Shown: positions 13,575-25,912 of the stretch, in pieces | Numbering within the stretch: the stretch's first letter is position 1 | Layout: each line of letters starts with the position of its first letter | Assembly (NCBI GenBank): GCA_964016885.1 | Contig: OZ024741.1 | Span: forward strand, 93,062,001-93,126,000 | Length of the DNA stretch: 64,000 nucleotides | Direction of reading: 5' to 3' | Source of the DNA: Eledone cirrhosa | Lineage: Eukaryota | The notes under the pieces: model-generated | Told to the model about the DNA's origin: nothing | Database searches by the model: none | Seen by the model: only the letters and a program-made list of their open reading frames with translations | Program-made: the position numbers and the translations under genes

Positions 13575-14250
13575 TTTATCATCATCATTGTGATTCCTTA
13601 ACCCTTTTTGGGATCATTGGGACACTAATGTTGAATACTCTACCAACTGCCTCCATCACTGGCAGTCATGGGTGAGGGCTTGGGTTGTGGCAAAATTCTT
13701 ACTTTCCACTCAGCTATGGTGTTTGTCCACCACTTCCTCTGCCTCACCTTCTTTCCCTGCACTGTTCCTTGGAGAATTATTTTAGAGAGTCCGTCCAATC
13801 TTGTCCAAACCACCTCAACTTCCTCCGCTTCACTGTCGACAGCAGATCTTCAAAGTGACTCAGGTGTTGGGTGATTCTTTTGCAGACCTCTTCGTTTGCA
13901 ATGTGTTCTGTGTAGGAGATTCCCAGGATTCTTTTATAGCATCTCATCTCCACTGTTTGGATCTTTCTTTGCAGTTCAATGGTCAAGGTCCATAACTCAT
14001 ACGTTTAGAAAGATAGATAGGACCAACACATGCAGGAGTTTTATTTTGCATCTTAGAGGTGTTTTTGTCTCTCCTGAATGGTTTCAATTTAGCAAGTGCT
14101 GTGGGTGTTGCAACATTTCTTGCAAAGACATCTAGCTTGGATCCCTGTTGACTGATATTAACACCAAGGTACTTGAACTGCATCACAGTCTCCAGCTCTT
14201 GTCTACTTCTCTCTATTGGCTTTGTGGAGTTTTCTTTGATGTAATTTCTC
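13575..14250 (-). mobile_element. Old RTE LINE 3' remnant
   Basis: LETVMQFKYLG and KIQTVEMRCYKRILGISYTEHIANEEV...RRKLRWFG; short (TGA)n tail at ~13578. Confidence 0.85.
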
Positions 14251-14720
14251 ATTTAACTGTGCTAAGAACATGAAAAAGACAGATTTGGAGGACAGAGTTT
14301 GGTATTTCTTCACTGAATACAGTTCTTTCAGCCATGTATTTGTCTGTTAGTATAACTCTGATATCTGTCCATTTGGGATGCTTGGTTAAGAGCTGAATCA
14401 TCTGGCAAATCATGTGTTTCTCTTCACTAGTAACTATGAAGGCTACTATGATTTCTGTTTCACCATTGCCATCAACAGGTATCACGAGGTAGAAGGGCAT
14501 CCCAAGTTCATTTGTCTTGTGTGTAGCATCTGCAAGGAGGAGCTCAGGAAACTAGCTGAATGTATGTGTGTGTGTATCTTGGATGAATATGCCAGTCAGT
14601 GTGTTCTCGTCTATTGATAACAGGTTGTTGTTCTTTAGTTCCCCACAGCTTTTTCATAGCTAGCTATTATGGGTACACTATGCTCGGACCAGCTTGTATC
14701 CCTTTTTCATGTCTCAGCAG
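14251..14720 (-). mobile_element. MULE (Mutator-like) transposase remnant
   Basis: FPELLLADATHKTNELGMPFYL...DGNGETEIIVAF...VILTDK..AER.VF.EE.P...LQICLFHVL covers the MULE DDE region and CxxH motif. Confidence 0.85.
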
Positions 14721-14739
14721 ACTTAACAAATTTCCATAG

Positions 14740-17086
14740 CTGCCTATCGTTGCGAAGGCTAAAACTTTCATGTGGTGCTGAGTTTTGAAGGAAGCTACAG
14801 CATGTAGCTTTGGACATATATCAGGTAGTAAACCAGGACGAGTTCGAAAGGTAATTCGATTTTCACCTCCTAGCCTTATCAGACGCTAAATGGTATGCAC
14901 ATGCCTTGTTAGAGCATGTTAATTGAAATAACAAAACTTAGTTTGACTGGAAGCGTAGAATTTGGTTGAATTGACCATCTCGAACCATTAGACGGTATGC
15001 CTAAAAATCCTTGCAAGAAACGCGTTTAGACAATTCAGCACCGCTCGTTTGATTAACCTGGCGCAGTTCAAAGTTGTAGCCGTCTTCCCCGTTTGGAAAA
15101 AACCACGGGGTACTGGAGGCAGTCGTACGCTCGATTACTTGCGCAAACAAATGAAAGTCGACTGTCGCGATGATGAAGCACGATATTGCGCTTACCGTAC
15201 TGTTCACCGACCAAAATGGCTGCTACCTCGTTAGTAGTTGGAGCGTTGAAACGCCTGGGATGTTCTCCAGCAAGACGACGGTCAGCTTTAATGGTTAATT
15301 GAAGTTCGGGTCGGCCGTCCAGCAGTTCCAAAGCGTTCTTAAAATCTCTAACATTAGGGTGAGTTGCATGAAGCATGATTTGAAGGTTAGCAACAATACT
15401 CACGTCAACACTGGAATTTAACTTACATCTTTGGGAAACCTCCTCGTCAGACCCCCGCCCCCCTCCCTCCCCATGAAGACGACCTGCAGAAATTTGGGTT
15501 CCGTTTGGCTGCGGACGAAGACTGCCCATCAGATGGTACACTGACCCTGAATTTTGAAGGTGTACGCGTTTTCCTTTTTTTTTCTTTCAGAGTTGGAGTC
15601 TTCCTCACCACGGCCATTGTTGTTGCTGCCAGTGTTGGTAATTCTGCGTTCCCTGCCATCATTAACACCAAAAGATGTCATAGCAAAACACGAATTATAT
15701 TTCCACGTGTCCTTGCAGAATTTCTTGGTGTCGTTGGAGTTTCTGGTGAGCAGATTTTTCAGAATTTCAGGTGGATCTGCCAGCGCTTGAAGTCGACCCT
15801 TACCTCTAGAACAAAGACCGGGTGCCTTGCCGCCCCACTTCTTAACTCCGCAATACTGGCATATCTTGTTACTTTTACCAAGAGTTATGGCAGGGTGATC
15901 AGTAAAATCTTCAGAACGGCTGTAGTTGAAGCCAGCTTTCATCCAAACAACACCTCTTGCAGAAGCTACATTTCTTTGACGTTTCCCTGCCAGCCTTTCT
16001 TCTCTTACCTCAACCGACTCCCCGAGAAGAGAGCGTTGATTGTGGCTGCGTTTGTCAGCAAGGTGGGGCTCCCTTGCTTCGGCTGACTCTTCGAGAAGAG
16101 AGCGTTCATTGCGACCGCACATGTCAGTAAGGCGGGCCTGCCTTGCTTCTTCGGACTCCTCGAGAACCGAGCGTTCACGATACTGACGTGACGTTGAAAG
16201 TCTGCCTTCCCTTTGGCTAGCCGTTTCCTAGTAAAATAAAGACAAAAAAAGGTTAATTTAAAATAAAATACAGATAAACGTGTATTGCAAAATAAGCATA
16301 AAAAATAGAAGGCGTACCTGTGCTCGCGATTCCCTTTGTCGCAATTTAAGGAGTTTGGTTCTTTTAGAAGAGATAATAGAGCATTTTCGTTTAGACATAA
16401 CCTGTAAAAATGGATGTGAATATTTTTTACAAAAAAGGCGTATTGAAGTAGGGAAACCTGTAGTAGTTTTACACGATCGAACAAACTGTAAATGATTTTG
16501 AAGTGAAAAACGAACCACCGGAATGCCACCCACTTTAAACTGCTTATTGTAGTTAAATAAACTAATGAAATGCTTTATTAATTTGAATGTGTTGTTTATG
16601 CAGTAGAAGTCTGCTTAGAACTGTATTGTCAACTTAAGAATGAAATAAGATACGAAGAAAGCTCACGTGTTATTAAGAGACCAGAATGTACTCAAGTGAA
16701 AACCGCGCAAAAAATCAAATCTCCTAATCAAGAAATCGATAAAAATATTTTTTATCCAATAACCATGCGTTGAAGTTTCGTGGAAAAAGTAAAAAGAAAA
16801 AAAAGTGCTGAAATTTCAAGGGAGAAAATTCTTTTAAAAAATAAGAGATTATCTCCCTTTGTTATTGGATCATTGAATTTCTCTCAGTTCAATTTGAATG
16901 GGAAATTCGTGTTTCATCGATTTTCTCCGTAACCACGGAAGCTTGTAGGTTGAAAGTCGACCCAACGCCTCCTCGGGTCAATCTGCATAACTGTAAATTT
17001 TCGTTGCATTCCACCAAGCCGTTTCGACGTTTATCCGACTACACCTACATATACAACGTCCGACCACTTCCAATTTATAGAGTAGA
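14740..17086 (-). mobile_element. Helitron, 5' half (Rep N-terminal region, frameshifted)
   Basis: 5' end A|TCTACTCTATAAA at 17086. ORFs 15529-16122, 15068-15541 and 15001-15207 give CQYCG..KW..., YNSCFAMTSFG, FKIQGQ, YHLMGSL, EHPRRFNAPTTNEVA, AYDCLQYP and GEDGY. No 3' CTRR end found; left boundary approximate. Confidence 0.9.
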
Positions 17087-17099
17087 TTAACAGGTGTGA

Positions 17100-19920
17100 T
17101 GCAGGTGTTTTTGTATCTAATGTGTTCCAATATTTTTTTCAATATTGTCAGACAATATTTCTATCATGATATTGGCGAAAACAGCCTTTACATAATGGCA
17201 CTTTGCAAAAGGAACACATAAACGTGGTTTGAATTCCATAACATTTCATTTTTTCTCTTTTGCAAAGAGCACATTCGGCAAACCTTCTTCCTCCCATTAA
17301 TTTTCTCTACTTTGTGAAGATCAATATTTTCCGTGTTTACCTCAGATAATTTTGACTATCTCCCAGCTTTGAGTTTATGAGAAGTATATCCTCCACGTAG
17401 CTGAGAGGCAATGTCTACACAAAATTTCATGTGGCAGTAGTCCTTTGGTGGTGGAGGATTCTTGTGACTTTTAGTGAATACAATAAAAGAATTCACAATG
17501 GTTAAATTCACTAAAAACCACAAGATATATCTCCACCATTTCTTCCCAGGGCATCCAACTGGGTAGTAGGCGCAATATTGGTCGGATTTGTCAACCCCAC
17601 CCATATATTTATTATAGGAGATGTTGACTAAAGGTTTACCTTCAGCCTCAACTCCTGGTTGTTGGTTAGACCAGTGCTTCTCAAACTATCTGATGCCCTT
17701 CCCAGGGCGTCCGTGTAGTAGGCGCAATATTGGTCGAATTTGTCAACCCCACCCATATATTTATTATAGGAGAGGTTGACTAAAGGTTTACCTTCAGCCC
17801 CAACTCCTGGTTGTTGGTTAGACCAGTGCTTCTAAAACTATCTAATGTGGCAGACCGGTATTTTATTTTTTCAATGTGCCACGTACCGCTAATATTTTGT
17901 AGTAATATTAATTTATACCGGAAACGATATATATAATGAATATAATAATAGTTGACCATTTTTTTATCTATCTTCTATTTATTTTGTAAACATACAAAAA
18001 AGTAATAAAAAAAATTGCTCAAATGATTCCTTAGCATGGCCTGGACACTGGCCGCGTACCGGCACCTGATGGCTTGCGTACCGGCACAGGTCCGCGGACC
18101 ACCACTTTGAGTAGCACTGGGTTAGACGATAGGAACAAAATTTGCCGCTTGTCTTCATACAATGTGGCTAACAAGTTCCCTTTTTGTACTTGGAGAATGT
18201 CCCCTCTCTTTTTAAATTTTATGACTTTCATTTCTTGGGATAACCCTTTGATTCCCCATTATTGTACCGCAGGTGTACGTATTTACGAGGGCAAGATCCT
18301 CTGCTAGACGCACTAAAGAAAAAAAGGATCAAAATATGTGTGTCTGTTGAGTGGAAGGGTTCAGTCAGAGACCACACATCGTACCCCAAGCCACTTTTTC
18401 TCTCTCCGTTGTGTTTCTTTCCTGTGTAAACATCAAAGTTTACACAGTAGCCTGTGTCCCATTCACAGAGTTCCCACACCTTGATGCCCCATTTAGTAGG
18501 TTTAGCTGGCATATATTGTCTAAAATGAATTCTACTCTTATACCCAATCATAGCTTCATCAAGATTTTTCCCAGGTATATATACACTGTTTAAAATTTTT
18601 CAGAGAGCATTTTAATTACTGGTCGAACTTTATACAGAGGGTCATAATTACTGGTCGAACTTTATACAGAGGGTCATAATTGAAATCATTTCTACCAGGG
18701 GCATTTGAAGTATCAACCAGGTGCAAATATTGGTTTAATTTCAAATACCTTGTTTTTGGCATAAAACTCGATATATAAGCGTCGCTAAACCTTATATCAG
18801 TGTTCCAGTAATTCCACAGTCTTGGTTGGAAATTGTTTTATACCAAACAGTGTTTATGGTAAAAAACGCTTGCATCTCCGCAACATCTGTAGGTTGCCAT
18901 AACTGATCGTGTTTTCTTCGATATGAAATCTGCTGTTGGGCATATCGATTCGTCTCTTTTGCCACAACTTCGAAGACAGTTTGTGGCAAAAACAAAAAGA
19001 AATAATCCAGTGCTTTAGCATCGGAAGGTAATATATGCTGTGGACCAGTATTTTCAACAAAATCGGGAACATGTATTGGTGTGGTATTTTTCGACCATGT
19101 TGCTAAAATATCTTCAATGGCTCCCTGGAGATCTGGTTCGCTTTCACTTTCAAAACAATCATCGTCGGACGAAATTTCAGAAATATAAACATTATATTCA
19201 TTTGATAATATATCACTAATATTATCTTTTGTTTCTTGTTCATTCTGAATGTCGTCGTGTGTAAAACCTTCAAAGTCGGTATCGATACTTTCAGAAGCCA
19301 TGTTTATACAAAAAAAAAAATTTGTTCTACTTTCAAAGTTAAAAATATATAGATATATTAAAAATATATTGAATATATTAAAAATATATTAAATATATTA
19401 AATATTCATTAGTTAAGCAAAACAAGACCACAAACTTCACAAGGAAGGCATTATTAAAAGATTGTCAACATATTTTAGGAATGTAGAGAATAATAATAAT
19501 AATATTAATAATAATAATGTCCGTTTACAATTGTTTCGCTACTCCATATAATATTTCTGGATCAGATGACTATATATCATAATTGATCAGGTTCAGTTGA
19601 AAATAATTAACATATTTAAAAAAAAGAGTGGCTCATCGGAACTCAAAGGAATATAAATTAAAATAATGGGATAATGTTACATAATATAATGTTCCATATA
19701 TTGGTTTTTACTATGGTGTCTTGGTTGCATCAGCTGTCAGCCATAATCAAGCAGTATTCATCTGTCGAGGCTGCATTGTGTGAGATATGCCTATGGGTAA
19801 CAAGATGGCTGCCAAAGAGGGTGGTTTCAGGGGAAGTAACTTCTCGACAGATTGGAGATTGTGAGTATTTATAGTTAAGTGCTAGTTTTTAAATTTTTTA
19901 ATTGAGACAATGTAGGGGAG
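17100..19920 (-). mobile_element. piggyBac (PGBD4-like) transposase pseudogene
   Basis: Acidic N-terminus plus LDYFFLF..ETNRYAQQ (18792-19301), FRQYMPAKPTKWGIKVW (18228-18551), MGGVDKSDQ (17356-17604) and a Cys-rich C-terminus near 17170-17290. Element ends not established. Confidence 0.9.
17824..18119. mobile_element. hAT-type MITE nested in piggyBac, with 8-bp TSD GGTTAGAC
   Basis: Imperfect TIRs cagtgcttctaaaact / actttgagtagcactg; ggttagac at 17816-17823 and 18120-18127. Confidence 0.9.
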
Positions 19921-19943
19921 TTAACTTATAATTATCGAGTTCA

Positions 19944-22030
19944 TAGCAATTTAACTTATTAGCTACAAGTAGAAATGGGGCTACATGACTAAGAAAAAAA
20001 TAAGAATCATCCGCCAACTTGATAGTCCCCACTTCAGACTGAAGAGGTTTACATGGTTTGATTTCCAACCTGATGTTTTATTGGACAAGGTCATTTTTTC
20101 TTTGACATTTATTACGGTAGGATGTTCTATTTCGATGAGAGATCTCATGATTAATCCTTCTCTATCCTCATAGTCCAATCCAGTAATAGAAATAGGAACT
20201 CTAAAAGTACAATTCCTTAATCTTTCAATTCCGTTCATCGTATCATTTTTCCCACAATGTTTCTTTCCAAAGGCTGACTTCCAAACTCGTGATAGTGAAA
20301 TTGAAGAATTGTTGAATGACATATATTTAACATCTTTTGAAGTGACAGCTATTGATTTGTTGAACTGGACATAGAGAACTATGGTCTGGTATAACACCCC
20401 TGCCTGGTTGACATAACCACTAATCCCGCAATATGGCATTTCACAATAATGGTCGAATGGTATGATTATTCCAGCAGAATTTTCAAATCAACATAGTCTG
20501 GTCCGATCTTCATTGACATAGAAGTTTGTCTGTAGGATGGTCAAATTTTTACTACTTGTAGCAATTTAACTTATTAGCTACAAGTAGAAATGGGGCTACA
20601 TGACTAAGAAAAAAATAAGAATCATCCGCCAACTTAATAGTCCCCACTTCAGACTGAAGAGGTTTACATGATTTGATTTCCAACCTGATGTTTTATTGGA
20701 CAAGGTCATTTTTTCTTTGACATTTATTACGGTAGGATGTTCTATTTCAATGAGAGATCTCATGATTAATCTTTCTCTATCCTCATAGTCCAATCCAGTA
20801 ATAGAAATAGGAACTCTAAAAGTACAATTCCTTAATCTTTCAATTCCGTTCATCGTATCATTTTTCCCACAATGTTTCTTTCCAAAGGCTGACTTCCAAA
20901 CTCGTGATAGTGAAATTGAAGAATTGTTGAATGACATATATTTAACATCTTTTGAAGTGACAGCTATTGATTTGTTGAACTGGACATAGAGAACTGTGGT
21001 CTGGTATAACACCCCTGCCTGGAATTTATAAACGGGGTGGAGACCAGTGCTTATGGGATGGAAATAGCCCAGGAGCTCGGAATTTATTTTCCCTGTTTGA
21101 ATTAGTGTTTGTCTTGCAAGTTGACAGGATCGTATATAAAGTTGGACAGAGTCTTCTAACTTGGTTTGTTGAATAATGAGTCTAGTTGTTAAATGCCTGA
21201 TTTTGAAGTCTTGGTGACAAAGAGGTCTATGAGTCAATGATGGAATTTTTACAGAAACAAAAATTCCATCCTGGTTGACATAACCACTAATCCCGCAATA
21301 TGGCATTTCACGATAATTGTCGAAAGGAATGATTATTCCAGCAGAATTTTCAAATCAACATAGTCTGGTCCGATCTTCATTGACATAGAAGTTTGTCTGT
21401 AGGATGGTCAAATTTTTACTACTTGTAGCAATTTAACTTATTAGCTACAAGTAGAAATGGGGCTACATGACTAAGAAAAAAATAAGAATCATCTGCCAAC
21501 TTGATAGTCCCCACTTCAGACTGAAGAGGTTTACATGGTTTGATTTCCAACGTGATGTTTTATTGGACAAGGTCATTTTTTCTTTGACATTTATTACGTT
21601 AGGATGTTCTATTTCGATGAGAGATCTCATGATTTATCCTTCTCTATCCTCATAGTCCAATCCAGTAATAGAAATAGGAACTCTAAAAGTACAATTCCTT
21701 AATCTTTCAATTCCGTTCATCGTATCATTCTTTCCGCAATGTTTCTTTCCAAAGGCTGACTTCCAAACTCGTGATAGTGAAATTGAAGAATTGTTGAATG
21801 ACATATATTTAACATCTTTTGAAGTGACAGCTATTGATTTGTTGAACTGGACATAGAGAACTGTGGTCTGGTATAACACCCCTGCCTGGTTGACATAACC
21901 AATAATCCCGCAATATGGCATTTCACAATACTGGTCGAATGGTATTATTACTCCAGCAGAATTTTCAAATCAACATAGTCTGGTCCGATCTTCATTGACA
22001 TAGAAGTTTGTCTGTAGGATGTTCAAATTT
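19944..22030 (-). pseudogene. G: Endogenous rhabdovirus-like glycoprotein G fragment in three tandem copies (19944-20558, 20559-21425, 21426-22030)
   Basis: Translation C*FENSAG...(C/R)EMPYCGISG....G.F...PLC...SCQ...LLGYFHPISTGLHPVYKFQAGVL...MNGI...RVP...IEHP...SSWRMILIFFLV is colinear with recalled VSV/rabies G motifs. Multiple N-x-S/T sites; hydrophobic C-terminus. Confidence 0.8.
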
Positions 22031-23720
22031 AATGGAAAAACATGCCCAAGAGGATGGAGCAGCCATTGGTGTTAGCATTGCAGGCGACATAGCTAACTTA
22101 TTCATGGTATGGTGGGACAGTAGACTTAAACTTAAACTTAAAGAACAATTAGAAGACAGCTTAACCCTGATAATGTACTCCCGCTACGTAGATGATATAA
22201 ACATCGTAGTTAAGACACCCCCACTAGAGAACAGTCAGGAACTAGAGAAAAACACAATGGAAAGCATCCAGCAAATAGCAAACTCCATCCACCAGAGCAT
22301 TAGAGTTACTATAGACTACCCAAGTAGACACCCCAACCATCGATTACATGTACTAGACACAGAGCTCTGGTTAGATACCATTAACAACCAAAAACAAATC
22401 CTCCATTCCCATTATGCCAAACCCATGACTTCCAAACATCTGATCCACCGAAACTCGTCCATTTCGGACCATACCAAAATCAACATACTGATTGCGGATT
22501 TGGTACGGGTGATGAGAAATGTGTACCGCATGTGCAACCCCGAAGAACTAGAGAGACACATACAACACTTCATCCACCGTTTGCAGTTCTCTGGCTACAA
22601 TCAGAGAGATAGAATCAGAGTGTATAGAGGAGCCAGAACCAAATGGGAAAAAATGGTAAATAATGACATAAATGGGACCTGCCCCTTGTATAGGAGCAAA
22701 TTTTGGAATAGAATAGAAAGAACTAGGAACAAGGCCAATAGAATAAACTCATGGTATGATAGCAATAAATACCAGAGTGTAATGTTCATCAATACAACCC
22801 CTAGATGCGAACTAGCCTACAAATTTAGAAGGGCCCTAAATAAATATAAACTCAATATTAAGATAGTAGAAAGACCAGGTACCTCCGTAAAAACACTTAT
22901 TAGCAAGACATACCCGTTCCAAAGACCCTCATGTATAGATAAGAAATGTATAACCTGTAAAATAAGCCCCCATATTAACTGTAAAACTAGAAATGTAGTG
23001 TATAGCATAAGATGTACTGAAGGACAATGTAGAAACAAAAATATAGTGTACATAGGTGAGACAGCTCGTAGTATAGGGGAACGGATAAATGAACACTGGC
23101 GAGACCTTCAAGATAATAAAGAATCATCTGTACTCTACCAACATGCTAAGATAGAACACAAGGGTAAATTAGAGAACATAGAAATAAAAATAGAATCCAC
23201 ACACAGAAAAGATGCAATGTTTAGGCAAATTACAGAGGCAGTAAGCATAAAAGAATTACAACCAAAATTAAATAGAAAATATGAGTGGAACAGCAACATC
23301 ACAACTTACAATTAAGGACAAAATGAAAACACACACACACATAGAACAAACAACCAACCAACAACATGTAAATAAATAAACAAATAGATAAATGAACACA
23401 AACACACACAGACACCCGGATGTGGCGCATGCGCAAACTGAGCACACAACACACACACAGAAACAAAATGGCGTAGGACAGAAGAAAGGAAAGGCACAGA
23501 AACAAAGAAAGGAATCCCCAGTCACTGAAGAGGTCACAGAGTGTGTGACGAAAGGACTATGACTATATATAAACAACTATCTGGTTGTGGAACCAACCAA
23601 CCAACCAGAAATTTATAGGTTTGTAGATTTGTAAATTTATAAATATATAATAAATTGAAGTGAAAGCAACTGGTGCGTGTGTTTCTTATTGGCAACATGA
23701 CCCTCCCAAAGTATAACAAT
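22022..23720 (+). mobile_element. 5'-truncated Penelope-like element (RT C-terminal half, Cys linker, GIY-YIG endonuclease, 3' pLTR); possibly Nematis-like
   Basis: ORF 22008-23315: GAAIGVSIAGDIANLFM, SRYVDD, VVYSIRC...YIGETARS..ER..EH, EA..I....P.LNRK.E. Clade assignment is tentative. Confidence 0.92.
23520..23564 (+). ncRNA. Minimal type I hammerhead ribozyme in the PLE pLTR
   Basis: agtca-CTGAAGA-g-gtcaca(gagtg)tgtgac-GAAA-ggac-TA^-tgact: 5-bp helix I, 6-bp helix II, 1-bp helix III with tetraloop. Confidence 0.85.
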
Positions 23721-23758
23721 ATATATATATATATATATATATTAAAATAACAGATTAA

Positions 23759-23809
23759 AGTTTAAGCAAAGAATCGCTGCTTTCACCCTTAACGGGATCT
23801 TCTGAAACT
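23759..23809 (-). ncRNA. Variant hammerhead-like fold (core CAGAAGA)
   Basis: agttt-CAGAAGA-t-ccc(gttaa)ggg-t-GAAA-gca(9 nt)tgc-TT^-aaact; about 23 nt from the TA tract. Confidence 0.55.
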
Positions 23810-23855
23810 AACCAAGTCAATCTGAGAACGCAGAAGTGAATATTTCAAAAAACGT

Positions 23856-25157
23856 TGCCCAGGTCTCACTGCCATGCAACATTGCTGTTCGTATGCAGGC
23901 ATCATACAACCTGCCTTTCATTTTTAGGGAGAACCCTTTAGCGGCTAATAGCGGTATAAGCTCTGAACTTTTTCCATCCAGTTCTGACTCTAGCTACTGT
24001 ACTTTCAGAGCACCCTCCCCCACTGCTGATTTTGTCACCCAGGTAACGGAAGCTGTCCACTATTTCTATAGAACCCTCTGCGCAGTTGAAAGAGCTAGTA
24101 TTTTGTGGGCACTTGCTGCTACTTATTGCCCCAGAACACCGGCCACATGTAAAATCTATGTTCTTAGTTAGCTTACCTGTGATCCCACTACATCTTTTAT
24201 GCACCCATACTTTGCATTTGGGACACAAAATGGAGTTTCTACCTACGCCTTTCCTACACACTGAGCATGGCCACTTCCCGGAGGGGACCGCCGCCTTATT
24301 TTCTTTCTTGCAAACTAGAACTTTAGTCTTAGCCAGGTTAATTTTAAGGCCTTTTGATTCTAGGCCGTGCTTCCATGTTTGGAATTTCTTCTCTAGCTCG
24401 GCCATTGATTCAGCTATGAGCGTTAGATCATCTGCGTATAGGAGTTCCCATGGGCAGCCGGTCTTGAACTCCACTGTTATAGCCTGGAGGGCAATAATAA
24501 ATAGTAGGGGGCTAAGAACAGAGCCCTGATGGACACCAACTTTTACACTAAACTCTTCACTATATTCGTTGTTAATTCTAACCTTGCTGACTGTTTCTTT
24601 ATACATGGCTTGTATAGCTCTCACAAGCCATTCATCAACACCTAGTTTTCTAAGAGCCCACCAGATAATGGAACGGGGGACTCTGTCGAAGGCTTTCTCC
24701 AAGTCGACGAAAGCTAAGTATAGGGGTTTACTTTTAGCTAGGTACTTCTCCTGTAGTTGTCGTACAATGAAAAGAGCGTCTGTGGTACTTTTTCCTGACA
24801 CAAACCCGAACTGCATTTCATCTAGATCAATTCGCTCTCTGATTAGTTGCGGTATTACTTTTTCCGTGACCTTCATGACCTGGTCGATTAATTTAATGCC
24901 TCTATAGTTACTCCTATCTAGGGCATCTCCTTTACCCTTATAACAGTTAACGATGATGCTGCTACGCCAGTCCTTCGGAACAAACACATTCTGTATGACT
25001 TGGTTGACTATCCGGGTGACCATGGTGTGTCCCACCGTACCAGATGCCTTCAGCATCTCGGCAACTATTTCCGAAGCAACACCGCCTTACCCGTCTTCAT
25101 ATCTTTGATTGCCTTACTTATTATACTACCCTCGACTAACACGCCTTTCCTACACAC
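23856..25157 (-). mobile_element. Internal RTE RT fragment, truncated at both ends
   Basis: ORF 23938-25056 contains [19 protein letters not shown] and YADD; the RTE 3' end is missing. Confidence 0.95.

Positions 25158-25912
<755 letters not shown>

Noticed and set aside
17087-19924. TTAA sites at 17087 and 19921 as piggyBac ends
   Set aside because: The adjacent sequences are not inverted repeats of each other.
20485-20495. In-frame TGA as selenocysteine
   Set aside because: It aligns with a Gly in the rabies-like CGF motif (GGA to TGA), and no SECIS was seen.
21023-21274. The 252-bp segment as an intron spliced out of units 1 and 3
   Set aside because: No GT donor on either strand, and it encodes conserved G motifs; cctgg microhomology deletion fits better.
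19944-22030. Rolling-circle reverse transcription of a circular RNA as the origin of the triple repeat
   Set aside because: The units differ structurally (short-long-short) and share an inactivating TGA, which favours DNA-level amplification.
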